From Scyliorhinus canicula (taxonomy: Eukaryota), in NCBI RefSeq assembly GCF_902713615.1, contig NC_052158.1, forward strand, positions 153,033,400-153,097,399: a stretch of 64,000 nt of DNA, given 5' to 3'. The notes under the pieces are model-generated. The model was not told the DNA's origin. It made no database searches and saw only the letters and a list, made by a program, of their open reading frames with translations. Every line of letters starts with the position of its first letter. Position 1 is the stretch's first letter. A program made the translations under genes and the position numbers. Below are positions 24,315 through 37,356 of this stretch, piece after piece.

Positions 24315-25122
24315 TAACACATCATGAGGGAGGTAGAGAACATAGTGGAGTGGTGTAACAAGAACAATCTCTCCCTCAATACCTGCAAAACTAAAGAGCT
24401 GGTCATTGATTTCAGGAAGCAAAGTACTGTACACACCCCTGTTTGCATCAATGGGGCCGAATTGCAGATGGTTGACAGCTTCAACTTCCTATGTGTGCAC
24501 ATCATCAAAAATCTGTCCTGCCCCACCCACGTCGACGCTATGACCAAGAAAGCACAACAGCACCTCTACTTCCTCAGGAAACTAAGGAAATTTGGCACGT
24601 CCACATTGACTCTTACCAACTTTTACAGGTGCACCATAGAAAGCATCCTTTCTGGCTGCATCACAGCCTGGTATGGCAACTGCTCAGCCTAAGACTGTAA
24701 GAATCTTCAGTCATTATTATTACCCAGTCCATCACATGAACCCGCCTCCCATCCATTGCCTCTATCAACACTTCCCGCTGTCTTAGGAAAGTGGGCAGCA
24801 TAATCAAAGACCCTTCCCATCCGGCTTACACACTCTTCCAATTTCGTCCATCGGGCAGGAGATACAGAAGTCTGAGAACATGAATGAACAGATTCAGAAA
24901 CAGCTTCGTCCCCGATGTTACTAGACTCCTATGGACTAATCTGATTAATACTACGCTCCTGTATGCTTCATCCGATGCTGGTTCCTTTGTATTTACATTC
25001 TGTACCTTGTGTAGCCCTATTGTTTATTTTCTTTTCAGGTACTAAATGATCTGTTTGAGCTGTACGCAGAAAAGTACTTTTCACTTTACCTCAGTACACG
25101 AGACAAGAAACAAATCCAATCC
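24315..25122 (+). mobile_element. Rex1/Babar-like LINE 3' fragment
   Basis: WCNKNNLSLN..KTKELVIDFRK..KKAQQ.LYFLRKL..YRCTIESILSGCITAWYGNC. Confidence 0.85.
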
Positions 25123-25446
25123 ACCCAAGGTGCAGGCAGACAGATGGGTGACCAGTCGAAAGGGCAGACAGTCAGTGCAGGAATCCTCGTGGCTGTCCCC
25201 CTCTCTAACAAGTATACAACTTTGAATACTGTTGCAGGAAAACAACAGCAGCGGCCAGAACAGTGGCACCATGGCTGGCTCTGTTTTTAAGCAGCGAGGG
25301 TCAAAGCACAGAAGAGCAATAGGCATAGCGGACTTCATAGTCAGGGGCACAGATAGGCATTTCTGTAGCTGTGAGAAAGACTCCAGAATAGTGTGTTGCC
25401 TCCCTGGCGATAAGGCAGACGTCATGGTACATGTTGGTACCAATGA

Positions 25447-25677
25447 TGGGGCTGTTTAGCACGCTATGGGGCTGGTTTAGCACACTATGGGGCTGGTTTA
25501 GCACACTGGGCTAAACCGCTGGCTTTTAAAGCACACCAAGACAGGCCAGCAGCACGGTTCAATTACCGTGCCAGCCTCCCCGAACAGGCGCTGGAATGGA
25601 GCGACTAGGGGCTTTTCACAGTAACTTCATTGAAGCCTCCTCGTGACAATAAGCGATTTTCATTTCATTTCATTTCA
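25447..25677 (+). mobile_element. Short tRNA-SINE with triplicated 5' head
   Basis: ggggctg(g)tttagcac.ctat x2, then the full head. Confidence 0.88.
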
Positions 25678-26637
25678 GGTAGAAAGAGGGATGAGGTCTT
25701 GCATCAAGAATTCCGGGAGTTAGCCAGGAGACTAAAGAACAGGACCTTTCAGGTTATAATCTCTGGATTTCTCTCAGTGCCACGTGCTTGTGAGTACCGG
25801 AATAGGAGAATAGCACAGATGAGCATGTATCCAAGTGTGTGGATAAATGCAGTGCAGTTGATGTAGTTTACATGGATTTCAGCAAAGACGTTGATGAGGT
25901 CCCACATGGAGATTTATTAAAAAGGAAAAAGCCACATGGGAAACAGGGTGATTTGATAAGGTAGATTCATATTTAGCTTACTGGTAGGAGATTGAGGGCG
26001 ATGATTGATGGCTGCTTTAGTGTCTGGAAACCAGTGACCAGTGACGTACCAAAGGGATACATGCTGGGCCTCCTATTGTTTGCTATTTATATAAATGACA
26101 TAGATAACTATGTGTGGGCTCGGACCAGTAAGTTTGCGGATGAAACAAAGATTAGCTGGGAGATTAACAGTGAGTTTGCGTGTCTTGGGTTGCAAGAAGG
26201 TATAGACAGGATGGTCAAATGTGCGAATAAGTGGCAGATGAAATTTAAACCTGAAAAGTTTGAGGTGATACATTTTGGAAGCAGTAATTTGACAAGGAAA
26301 TACACTTTGAAAGGTCTGAACAAAGGAACTTTGGTGTCTTTGTCCATAGATCTCTGAAGGCAGAAAGGCAGGTTAATAGGGTGGTGAAAAAGGCGCATGT
26401 GATATTTGCTTTCACCAATTGGACATAGATTACAAAAGCAAGGAGCTCATGATGGAACTGGATAGAGCTTTGGTGAGGCCACATCTGGGGTACTGTGTAC
26501 AATTCTGGTCACTACATTATTGGAATGATGTGATTGCACTGGAGGAGGTGCAGAGAAAATTCATCAGAATGTTGCCTGGGATGGAACATTTTAGTCCTGA
26601 AAAGAGGTTGGATAGGCTTGGGTTGTTTTTTAAAAAT

Positions 26638-26987
26638 GGAATTTACAGTGCAGAAGGAGGCCATTCGGCCCATCGAGTCTGCACCGGCTCTTGGAAAGAG
26701 CACCCTACCCATGCCCATACCTCCACCCTATCCCAGTAACCCCACCTAACACTAAGGGCAATTTGGACCCTGAGGGCAATTTAGCCTGAGGGCAATTTAG
26801 CCTGGCCAATTCACCTAACCTGCATATCTTTGGACTGTGGGAGGAAACCAGAGCACACGGAGGAAACACACGCACACACGGGGAGAACGTGCAGACTCCG
26901 CACAGACAGTGACCCAAGCCGGGAACCGAACCTGGGACCCTGGAGCTGTGAAGCATTTGTGCTATCCACAATGCTACCTTGCTGCCC
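26638..26987 (-). mobile_element. HE1/V-SINE, CR1 tail
   Basis: Family consensus. Confidence 0.85.
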
Positions 26988-27379
26988 AGTCTCTGGAGAA
27001 GAGCAGAGAAGACTTAGAGGTGACCAGATTAAGGTGCACAAGATTATGAGGTGCATGGAAAGGGTGGATAGGGAGCAACCAATCCCCGGAGCTGAAGGGT
27101 CAGTTCTGAGTGGACACAAGTTCAAAGTAAGGGGTGGAGGTTTAAGGGGGATTTGAGGAAAAACGTTTTTACTCAGTGAGTGGTGATGGTCTGGAATGCG
27201 CTGCCTGGGATGGTGGTAGATGCGGGATGCCTCACATCCTTTAAAAACTACCTGGATGAGTACTTGGCACGCCTTAACATTCAAGGTGATGGGCAAGTGC
27301 TAAATGGGATTAGATGGGCAGGTCAGAGCCTTTCATACGTCAGTACAGACTCGATAGGCTGAAGAGCCTCTTCTGCACT

Positions 27380-28200
27380 GTCTGGCTCAGCTCAGCAGTG
27401 TGGCGATGCCCTCGCCATAACAGGGCTGTTTAGCTCACACGGCTAATCACTGGCTTTGAAAGCAGACCAAGGCAAGCCAGCAGCACGGTTCGATTCCTGT
27501 AACAGCCTCCCCGAACAGGCGCAGGAATGTGGCGACTAGGGGCTTTTCACAGTAACTTCATTTGAAGCCTACTCATGACAATAAGTGATTTTCATTTCAT
27601 TTTTTCATAACCCGTTGTAACTGGGCCAAGCTCTGACGGTCCGCTGCAATGTCCAGGTGGCCCTGGTTCATAGCTGCCGATGACAGGGCAGCCCTGTCCT
27701 ACACCTCAGGCAATGCCTACACAGAGTGCCCAGGCCTTGGACACCCTCAACCCTGGCCGATACTTCCCCACCCCACCCAAGGCCTCCACCGCGGATGCCA
27801 CCCATTTAGTGCTGGCCCGGGTGTCACGCACCTTCGGGCACTGGATGGATGCTGACAGTCCCTGGCTCTGTGTCTGCATCTCCATTATTGATTGGATTGC
27901 CCTTTCCAAAAGCCTGAGACCCACCTGGACAGCAGCCATTCCATGGGGTCGGACTGCCCTCCGACCCTCTGCTCCCTCAGGCGCTCGTACTTTCACCTGA
28001 TGTACCGCAGTACATGTGTGGTGCGCACCAGAGACTTCCCCAAGAACCTCTTCACTAACATGCACTACTGAAGTGGGTGTATCTGGGATGATGGTGGGTT
28101 TTGGAGACAGCTGTGATGCAAAGTTAGTGTTGTCCCGTGCTGGTGCTCCGGGGTATCATTCTGCCATGTGCGTGCTCTCGTCACTATCTGTCGCCGCCTC
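27380..28200 (-). mobile_element. Probable Harbinger second (Myb/SANT-associated) ORF remnant
   Basis: GC-rich, coiled-coil-like LLERAIQSIMEMQTQSQGLSASIQ on the strand opposite the transposase; appears to continue the 22.8-23.1 kb sequence; no Myb motif seen directly. Confidence 0.5.
27423..27607 (+). mobile_element. Short tRNA-SINE
   Basis: Family consensus; CATAAC on both sides. Confidence 0.85.
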
Positions 28201-28539
28201 GTATTAACCGTTACCATTCGGGAAATCCCCAATTTGTGAGCTTCCAATATATAAAATGTCAATATACAATGTACCATGTAATTACATGTCATGTGATCAC
28301 TCTAATAATTTGCCTCATGCTGATGTGTTAATACATTTTTTGTCATGACTTTGGTTGGCCAGAATATCGGACATGATACCTGACATAAAGTAGTCAGAAG
28401 ATAAGGAATTCCTTTACCGGCCTCCCCGAACAGGCGCCGGAATGTGGCGACCAGGGGTTTTTCACAGCAACTTCATTCAAGCCTACTTGTGACAAGTGCT
28501 TATTGTTATCTTGGGTAGTTTTTGATAGGCAGCTAAAAT

Positions 28540-30290
28540 GTTATCAGGGTTGAAGGAAACTGGAGTCAATGGAAATGGTGAGAAAACTCTCCACTGGTTG
28601 GAATCATACTTGGCACAAAGTAAGATGCTTGTGGTGGTTGGAGATCAGCCATCTCACTCCTGGGATATCACCACAGGAGTTCCAAGAGTTGTGTCCAAGG
28701 CCAAACCATTTTCAGTTGCTTCGCCAATGACTTTCCTTCCAACATAAGGTCTGATGTGGGATTTTTGCTGATGACAGCACAATATTCAGCACCATTCCTG
28801 ACTCCTCAAACGCTGAAGTAGTCCACCTTCAAATGCAGCAAGACCTGGAAAATAAGGGGTAGTAGTGGTTTTGCCACTGGACTCGTAACCTGGAGACCGA
28901 TAGTCATTCTCTGGGGACCCGGGTTTGAATCCCACCCTGGCAGATGGGGACATTTGAATTAAATTAGAAAAAAACATCTGGAATCAAGTTTAAAGATGAC
29001 CATGAAATCATTGTCGATTGTTGTAAAAACCCATCTGGTTCACGATTATTCTTTAGGGAAGGAAATCTGATGCTGTCACCCTTACCTTGTCACTTCAGAT
29101 CCACAGCAATGTGGTTGACTCTTAAATGACCCCAGGGATGTACAATAAACCCTGGCCCAACAAGTGATTCCCACATCCAATGATAAAAAAAATCCAGCTT
29201 TAGAGGATAATAATAAGAGGCAAATAATATTCACTCCACGTAAGTGCCAAGCAATGAACAGCTCCAATAAGAGCGAATCAAACCATCGCCCCTTGATATT
29301 ATTAGACAGAAAGATAGAATTCCTCCAGTTCAGAAGACCATTCAGTCCATCGAGTGTAACCCACTGAAAGAGTGCCCTACCTAAGCTAACTCCCCTGCTA
29401 TGTCATGGTAACCCCACCTAACCTGCACAAATTTGGAATCTAAAGGGAAATTTGAGCATGGCCAATCTGTCTAATCTGCACGTCTTTGGACTGTGGGAGG
29501 AAACCAGAGCACTCAAGGAAGCCCATGCACACATGGGGAGGATGTACATTTTCCACATAGACAAGGTTGGAAATGAACCCAGATGGTTGGCACTGTAAGG
29601 CATCTGCGCCACCATGGCACCATCACTCATTCTCCCACTATCAACAGCCTGGGGTTACCAGTGACCAAAAACTGAAAGGACTAGCCATATATGTACTGTG
29701 GCTACAAGAGCAGGTCAGAGGCTATGAATCTTGTGCTGAGTAACTCAACTTCGGAATCCGCAAAGCATGTGCATCGCCTACAAGGCACAAGTTAGGAACG
29801 CGATCAAATAGTCTCCACTTGCCTCGTTGAATGCAGCTGCAACAACACTCAAGATGCTAGCCACCATCCAGGGCAAAGCAGCCCACTTGACCGGCTCTCC
29901 TTCCACAAAGATTCACTCCCTTGGCTACCGATGCACAGTCGTAACATTGTGCACCACCTACAAGATGCACTCCAGGAACACACCAAGGCTCCTTACGCAG
30001 CACCTTCCAAACAAATGACTACCATCTCGAAGGACAAGGGTAACAGATACCTGGCAAAACCACCACCTTGAGATTCCCCTTCGAGTCATTCACCATGGTC
30101 ACGCGCAAATATATCACTGTTCCTTCACTGTCGCTGGGTCCAAATCCTGGAACTCCCTCCCTAATAACACACTGGGTGCAGCTACATCAAATGGACTGCA
30201 TCGGTTCAGGAAGGGAGCTCACCACTGCGTTCTCAAGGGCAAATAGGGATAGTCAACAAATGTTTTGTCGCCAGCAAAGCCACATCCCGT
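28540..30290 (+). mobile_element. Old CR1/L2-group LINE fragments, SINE-interrupted
   Basis: TLHWLESYLAQSKM.VVVG..DITTGVP; FADD-like tttgctgatgac; 3' part repeats at 31.1, 41.7-42.3 and 45.0 kb. Confidence 0.6.
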
Positions 30291-30294
30291 AAAC

Positions 30295-30644
30295 ATCATA
30301 GATTATCATAAAATTTACAGTGCAGAAGGAGGCCATTCGGCCCATTGAGTCTGCACCGGCTCTTGGAAAGAGCACCCTATCCAAGGTCAACACTTCCACC
30401 CTATCCCCATAACCCAATAACCCCACCTAACACTAAGGGCAATTTTGGACACTAAGGGCAATTTAGCATGGCCAATCCACCTAACCTGCACATCTTTGGA
30501 CTGTCAGAGGGAACCGGAGCACCCGGAGGAAACCCACACACACATGGGGAGGATGTGCAGACTCCACACAGACAGTGACCCAAGCCGGAATCGAACCTAG
30601 GACCCTGGAGCTGTGAAGCTATCCACAATGCTACCGTGCTGCCG
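30295..30644 (-). mobile_element. HE1/V-SINE, CR1 tail (older copy at ~29310-29622)
   Basis: Family consensus. Confidence 0.85.
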
Positions 30645-31196
30645 TGAATAATAAAAAAGGGCTTCAGTTACGTGGAGAGGGAAGAAAAACTGGAATTATT
30701 TTCATTAAAGAAGAAGAGCTTAAACGAAGATTTAGTAAATATTATGAAAAATGTTAAACTTTTTGATTCAGAATGTAAGGAGAAGCTGTTTCCGCTCACA
30801 TTAAGCATAAGCTGCAGTATCAAAGTAATTGCCAAATAAAGAGTGGACATTAACAACATATGCAGCGAGTTATTATGATCCGGAATGCACTACCTCTAAG
30901 GATGGTGGAACATGATTCAGTCTTCTAATCTCCCATTATCTTCAACTGACTCACCTGTAATCTTCTCTCCAATAGAGGCCTCAACCAAAGACGATCACTG
31001 ACGATTGCACCAATATTCATATCATTTGCTATTGCTCAGATGCTGAATCAATCGATGCCAATTTGGGCCCAGATCAGGCGATACATGGGAATACCACCAC
31101 CTGCAAATTCCCTGCAAAGCCACATACCATTCTGACTTAGAACTGTATCACTGTTCCTTTACTAACACGGGTTCAAAATCCTGGATCTTCCTTCCT

Positions 31197-31427
31197 TTTT
31201 TTTTTTTTTTTTTTAAAATTTAGATTACCCAATTATTTTTTCTATTAAGGGGCAATTTAGCGTGGCCAATCCACCTACTCTGCACATTTTTGGGTTGTGG
31301 GGGCGAAACCCACGCAGACACGGGGAGAATGTGCAAACTCCACACGGACAGTGACCCAGAGCCGGGATCGAACCTGGGACCTCAGCGCCGTGAGGCGGTT
31401 GTGCTAACCACTAGGCCACCATGCTGC
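31197..31427 (-). mobile_element. V-SINE, poly(A) variant with 17-bp TSD
   Basis: TSD CCTGGATCTTCCTTCCT at 31180-31196 and 31428-31444; long poly-T. Confidence 0.9.
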
Positions 31428-31460
31428 CCTGGATCTTCCTTCCTAACAGCACCATGGATA

Positions 31461-31885
31461 CATAAGAACATAAGAACATAAGAACATAAGAACATAAGAA
31501 CTAGGAGCAGGAGTAGGCCATCTGGCCCCTCGAGCCTGCTCCGCCATTCAATGAGATCATGGCTGATCTTTTGTGGACTCAGCTCCACTTTCCGGCCCGA
31601 ACACCATAACCCTTAATCCCTTTATTCTTCAAAAAACTATCTATCTTTACCTTAAAAACATGTAATGAAGGAGCCTCAACTGCTTCACTGGGCAAGGAAT
31701 TCCATAGATTCACAACCCTTTGGGTGAAGAAGTTCCTCCTAAACTCAGTTCTAAATCTACTTCCCCTTATTTTGAGGCTATGCCCCCTAGTTCTGCTGTC
31801 ACCCGCCAGTGGAAACAACCTGCCCGCATCTATCCTATCTATTCCCTTCATAATTTTAAATGTTTCTATAAGATCCCCCTGCATC
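31461..31885 (-). mobile_element. Young 5'-truncated CR1
   Basis: GDLIETFKIMKGIDR..RTRGHSLKI..FFTQRVVNLWNSLP open to stop; (CATAAGAA)5 tail. Confidence 0.9.
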
Positions 31886-32769
31886 ATGTGGACTGCTGCC
31901 GTTCAAGAAAACAGTTCAGCAATACTTTCTTGAGGGCAGTTAATAATGGTCAATGCATCCCAGCCTCGCCAATTGTACTCATATCCAATAAACCATTTAG
32001 AATTTCAGAAGGAAATGGAATAAATATTTCAAAAACAAACAAAAGTTGAGGAAATAGTCATTTGATTAGCTTTTTCCAAGACCAGGCACAAGTACAACAA
32101 ACCAAATGGCTCTTTCTGTACAATAATAAACAGAGAAATGTGACCAAGAACATCTCATTGCCATTTAATGCTCTTCGAATGCATCAACAATCCTAAACAT
32201 TTTTAGAATTTATTTGGGCTACTGATAAACCGAAAAGCTGAAATGTGCTGTGTTCAGGACATGTAGAAGCATATTTAGAGACTGGACTTTAAATCGATAT
32301 TATTGTTCATGATACAAAGGCCATTGCATTTAATGATATTTACATATATTTAACATTTTGCTGCATTTTCCATTATAACAGGGCACTTGTGTTGCAGAAA
32401 GGTACCTCAGAATTACACCAGGAATGAAAGCTTATATTGATGGAAAATGCAGGAAATATCGAGTGGTTATAGTGTGTCAGAAGCCTAACAGATATTTATT
32501 TTTTGAAAGGGTAAATGATACATAAACATTACTTGAACTTGAAATGTTTTACCAACTATGTCTATTGAGTCAGAGGCCATAGTGCTACCTAACATATAAT
32601 CTATTTTTCCATGGACAATATGAAAGGAGAAAGGATGCAAATAGTTTTAGGACCTTCAGTTGGACCGGCGCTGGGTATGTTTTAATGTACACGATTGGCT
32701 AATTCAATTATTCCATCAGTTTATTATGAATCCATTATCATCCCCACTTCCAATTGTATTAGGGCAACA

Positions 32770-33068
32770 AGGTCCCACAGTGGGTAGCACTGTTGCTTCA
32801 CAGCACCAGGGTCCCAGCTTCGATTCCCGGCTTGGGTCACTGTCTGTGCAGAGTCTGCATGTTCTCCCTGGTGTTTGCGTGGGTTTCCTCCAGGTGCTCC
32901 AGTTTCCTCCCACAAGACCAGAAAGATGTGCTTGTTAGGTGAATTGGACATTCTGAATTCTCCCTTTGTGTACCCGAACAGGTGCTGGAATGTGGCGACT
33001 GGGGGTTTTTCACAGTAACTTAATTGCAGTGTTAATGTAAACCTACTTGTGGCAATAAAGGTTATTAT
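32770..33068 (+). mobile_element. V-SINE with Rex1-type tail
   Basis: Same structure as 6157-6462. Confidence 0.85.
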
Positions 33069-33129
33069 ACCAACTAACTATTCATTGGCTCTAAAATCTG
33101 GTAATCAGTATTTGCACCGATTAGGCATT

Positions 33130-34345
33130 AATTTGTTGATGGTTGACTCCGCACTTACCAAAGTCACAAATAACATACTATGCGACTCTGAGAATGTTAA
33201 ACACCTCCGCCTTCTCGGCTTGTGTGCAGCCTTTCATATGGTGGGCCACACCATGCACCTGCAATGCTTCTCCACAGCTGGCCAGCTGTGTGGAATTGCA
33301 CTCTCACCTGATTCCTTTCTTACCTCCATAATCAAATCAGAGTATCACTTGCAAAGGTTCTCTTCCTGCTCCTGCACCGTTACCTCTCGTGTCCACAAAG
33401 TACCAAATCTTATCTTCCATTTATTATCTACATATAACCCCTCAGTGGCATAAACAGAAAAACAATATTATTTGCCCGTGTATACCGGTCGCACCCAGTA
33501 CCCAGCTCCACATCAGCAACATCTCTCTTAACACTTATTAACACTTACAATTCTCAGACTGCTTGACCGACGTCCAATCCTGGTTTGACTGAAATGTATT
33601 AGAGTTAGATTTTGGGAAGACTATGGCATTGTCTCTGCTTGTCGTGACAGTCTCTGCTTCCATGTTATTGACTCCATCCCCCTCCCAGCGATTATCCCAG
33701 TCTTATCTTACTGTTAGCAACTTTGATGATTTATTGGACTCCAAGATGAGTTTCTAACCGCATATCTGCGCCATGAGTAAAGTCACCTATTTCCATCTCC
33801 ATAACATCGGCAGGATATGCCCTGCCTCAGCTTATCTTCTCCCAAAGCCCTAGGCCTGACTGTTCCAATGCACTTCTGGCCAATCACCCACAGTCCACTC
33901 TCTCTTTAAACTTCAGTTCATTAAAGACATCCCTGTTCCCGCCGAATCGCGCGTTCATGCCCCACTCCCGGGCTCTCATACATACACTGGCTCGCGGTCA
34001 AACAATATCTCGATTTTGCAACTCTCCAAGATATCTGCCGTCATAGAGTTCATATAATTCGGGCCTCTTGAGCATCACCAATTTTAAAAGCTCTATCATT
34101 GGTCTTGATATCTACAACGGTCTCCACAACAAACTCTTGGAAGTTCCTCCCTAAACATTCTGCCTCTCTACCTGTCCTTGCTCCTCTGAGATGCACCATA
34201 AAAACTGCTAACGCGGTTTACCAACTGCCTTAATATCGCCTTATGTGGTTCGATGCAAAATGTTTCTTTAAAACGTTCCCGTGAAGCGACCTGGACCGTT
34301 TTGTTACGCTAAGCCCGCGATCTAAATGCAGGTTTTTGTTGTTGG
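33130..34345 (+). mobile_element. Degenerate L2-clade LINE
   Basis: ALTKVTNNILCD..LL.L.AAF..V.H remnant; L2-type tail gtgaagcg..ttttgttacg.taa..aaatgcag.tt.ttgttgttg. Confidence 0.65.
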
Positions 34346-34932
34346 TGTACAAATATCTTTCGAATACTATTTGACTGAATGCTGACCGGCTTTGACTGAA
34401 ATTCTGCTTTTATCTGCCGATAATTTTAAGGCTGTTAGATATTCTGTGAACGGAAAACCTGCTTAAATTATTGAAATAAAAAGCATTATCGAGAATTCGC
34501 TAGCTCCACTCGGTGTTCTATAATAGAAAAAGCGTTTGACAGGAGCATGTTCTGTCACTCCCGCATACCAGGGTTCAAAATGAGTGAAAAATGTCATCGT
34601 GAATTGTATCGGTTTAGGATTGGACTCAAAAATGTTAAAAAGGCGCCAGCTCGCCAAGTGTCATCAATGATTATATATATTTCTTATACACACTGGTAAA
34701 CAGGCATTTGGGACCAAGAATGGTTCTCTGCCAGGAGAGAATTACAGCAATAGTGGTGTGGGCCGAGGAGACGGATTCGTTTCCGCAGGCAGATATTTGT
34801 ATATTTCCTTTTGGGAGATTAAATCAGTCGCTGATCGCTCGTCAATGCACTGAACCCGAAATTACCCAGCGAGCTCTCTTGTCAGTGATCTATATCATGC
34901 CTGGGCGGCAGAATATTCCATCATATTTCGAC

Positions 34933-35150
34933 ATGACTGTCACCGTGAAGGTTTTCTTTTGGGGCTTCGTGTTTAATTTTCCAGTTTTCGTCACTTGCGA
35001 AGAAATATGTAAGCTTCAAGGAAAGTTCGGCCTGAGCGACATCACTTTGAGGGGCGATGTGGTCTTAGGCGGAATGTTTAACGTGCACTCCGACAGGCTG
35101 GAAATAGCTCATTCCTTCACAAATTTACCACAGGAAACACAGTGCAAAAG
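34933..35150 (+). CDS. V2R/OlfC-like gene B, exon 1 (signal peptide; alternative in-frame ATG at 34897)
   Basis: MTVTVKVFFWGFVFNFPVFVTC hydrophobic leader, then CKLQGKF..GDVVLGGMFNVH..QCK; donor AAAG|GTGAGT at 35151, phase 2. Confidence 0.9.
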
Positions 35151-35453
35151 GTGAGTTCACGTGGCATCAAACAATGTCACTTCAAGCATCTATTGTCCAG
35201 TTCAAAATTATATTTGTTTGCGAAATATAGCACACGCGATGGGAGGCATCATTAGATCTAGCTTAGGTTATAACCAATCGACACTAGCGTTTATTTTGTA
35301 GAGTATCTTATCTCCCATTGTCCACACCATGTAATTATCTATCTTCTGGATACATATTGGCAATTTCTTAGGTGCATCTTAACGACGTACTGGAACTAAG
35401 TTAGGTGAGGGATGTTATATATTTCACCATCTAAAGTCACTTGCTTATCCCAG

Positions 35454-35742
35454 TTTTGATTTCAGAGCTTTTCGCCTTGCGCAAACTATGATTTTTACCA
35501 TCGAAGAAATCAATCGGACTCCTGGCCTGCTTCCCAATGTTTCGCTCGGCTACAGAATTTATGATGATTGTTCTTCGTCCACCATTGCAACGAAAGCAGC
35601 CTTGGCTCTTATCAATGGTAACAACCAATCTGTTGGTGAAACATGTGGAGCTAGTTCAATGATCTCAGCTCTAATTGGTGGCGGTTCATCTTCAGAGTCG
35701 ATAGCAGTAACAAGATTAATTGGTCCTTTCAGAATCCCATTG
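35454..35742 (+). CDS. V2R/OlfC-like gene B, exon 2
   Basis: atcccAG|TTTTGATTTC; FDFRAFRLAQTMIFTIEEIN..LLPNVSLGYRIYDDC..GPFRIPL|GTAAGG; 289 nt. Confidence 0.95.
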
Positions 35743-36405
35743 GTAAGGATGCGCGTTATGACAATATTGAATTAAAACTTTTTTTATGTACAGGGTGTGG
35801 TTATGTTTCAGGTAAATCCTGAAGTAAAATGTATGTGCAACTCCTCCGTAAAATTATATAGAAGTTACAGCACATAAATAGGTTGTTTTACCCCACTCTT
35901 CTATGGCGGTGTTTATGACCTGGTAAGCCTTCTCCACAATACCTCTTCCAACTGCATCAACGGAGCCTTGTTTGCCTTTCTCCCTCATGTAAGCATCTCA
36001 ATTATCTTTAAATGCACTTAGTATTACATTATAGACTTGGTCTAAATTATAGCGTTTATTATATTATGCTTAATTTGGATATCTTGTTCAGCGATATCTG
36101 AAATCGAATTGACACTGAACGTGATTAGATCGCTTTTGGACCCGGAATTGGAATTAACCGAGATTAAGGCTCTGATTGCAGTGGTCATCCTGACTAACCT
36201 ATTTTGAAGCGGCAGTCCGGATTGCTCCGTGAAACATCCACAACAGAAGAGTGCTAACCTCAGCATTAGCTGATCTAAGATTGATACTCCACCTGGGCAG
36301 AATTCTATCATGCCTGCTATTGAAACACAGACGTTCAATTAGTGCTGTTTTATAAAGCTGTCTTTTATGCACAATACACATTTCACATGCGATTACTCTT
36401 AGAAG

Positions 36406-36638
36406 GGGTGGCACAGTGGTTAGCATCGTTGCCTCACAGCACCAGAGACCCGGGTTCAATTCTAGCCTTGCATATTTTTCCTGTGTCTGAGTGGGTTTCT
36501 CCCACAGTCCAAAGATGTACGGGTTAGGTGGACTGGCCATGCTAAAATTCCTCAAAAGGTTACATGGGATTCCAGGGATAAGGTGGGGGTGTGAGCCGAA
36601 TGGCCTCCTTCTGCACTGTAGATATTCTATTCTATGAT
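36406..36638 (+). mobile_element. Internally deleted HE1/V-SINE
   Basis: Head, partial V core and CR1 tail. Confidence 0.75.
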
Positions 36639-37074
36639 TTTAGAAGAGCTGACTGTGGAAATGAAGCTCGTTGCGAGAAGGAACAATAGCAATAGTTTAC
36701 TGAACTAACTAACTATACGACAGAATAAGCCATGGGATAGAACCTTTTGTCCTGGCTGTGAGCATGAACGCGGCAAAGCCCTTCCCTGCTATTAGCAAAT
36801 TACCTTTAAAGGAGCAGCGACAAAGGGAGAGCTTGCAGACTATGATTAAGATGATAAATGTTATTTCGGGCCAAGGTTTCTAATATTTGACAAAAATGGT
36901 AATTGAAGGGCATGAGTGATAATGCAGAGTGCGTGGCTTTTTATTCTAGTGGGCTGGTGGACTTTCCCCTTGTCCTATACATTCTATCTTCTGTTCACCA
37001 GGAAGGCCGTTCCAACGGGAACGGGGAAGGTCTGAATCCAATCATTTGCCAAGCCCTCCTGATTACCTTTTAAG

Positions 37075-37217
37075 CACAGTAAGAAGTCTCACAACACCAG
37101 GTTAAAGGCAACAGGTTTATTTGAACTTTTGAGCTTTCGGAGTGCTTCTCCTTCATCAGGTGAAGTGGAGGCAGGTTCACAATCACAGCATATAGAGAGA
37201 CACAATTGCAAGACACT
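37075..37217 (-). mobile_element. Penelope-like fragment with hammerhead core, in intron 2 of gene B
   Basis: Homologous to 13184-13330; minus strand reads CAC-CTGATGA-A-GGAG-AAGCA-CTCC-GAAA-GCTC. Confidence 0.7.
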
Positions 37218-37356
37218 TTTTAAGCGTCATAGCAGCAGCGTGATATGCCTGATAATGTGGACACCTGACCACTCTGGCTAATAGCCAAATGTACATACAT
37301 GCAGAGACCTGAATCTATAAGATGGGCATTTTGTAAGGAATGTTATCGTGATTTAT

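Larger units (their letters stand above)
25128..27382 (+). mobile_element. Internally deleted CR1 with ORF1 esterase (GDSL/SGNH-like) and RT remnants; two SINE insertions
   Basis: AIGIADFIVRGTDRHFC..VHVGTND (ORF1); MDFSK..SKFADETK..LVRPHLGYCVQFWS (ORF2). Confidence 0.82.

Noticed and set aside
25447-25570. tRNA genes at the A/B-box motifs
   Set aside because: Each continues into a SINE body and tail; no complete cloverleaf with terminator
34708-34932. Long N-terminal extension of gene B
   Set aside because: ORF track starts at a non-ATG codon; the signal peptide fits ATG 34933 (or 34897)
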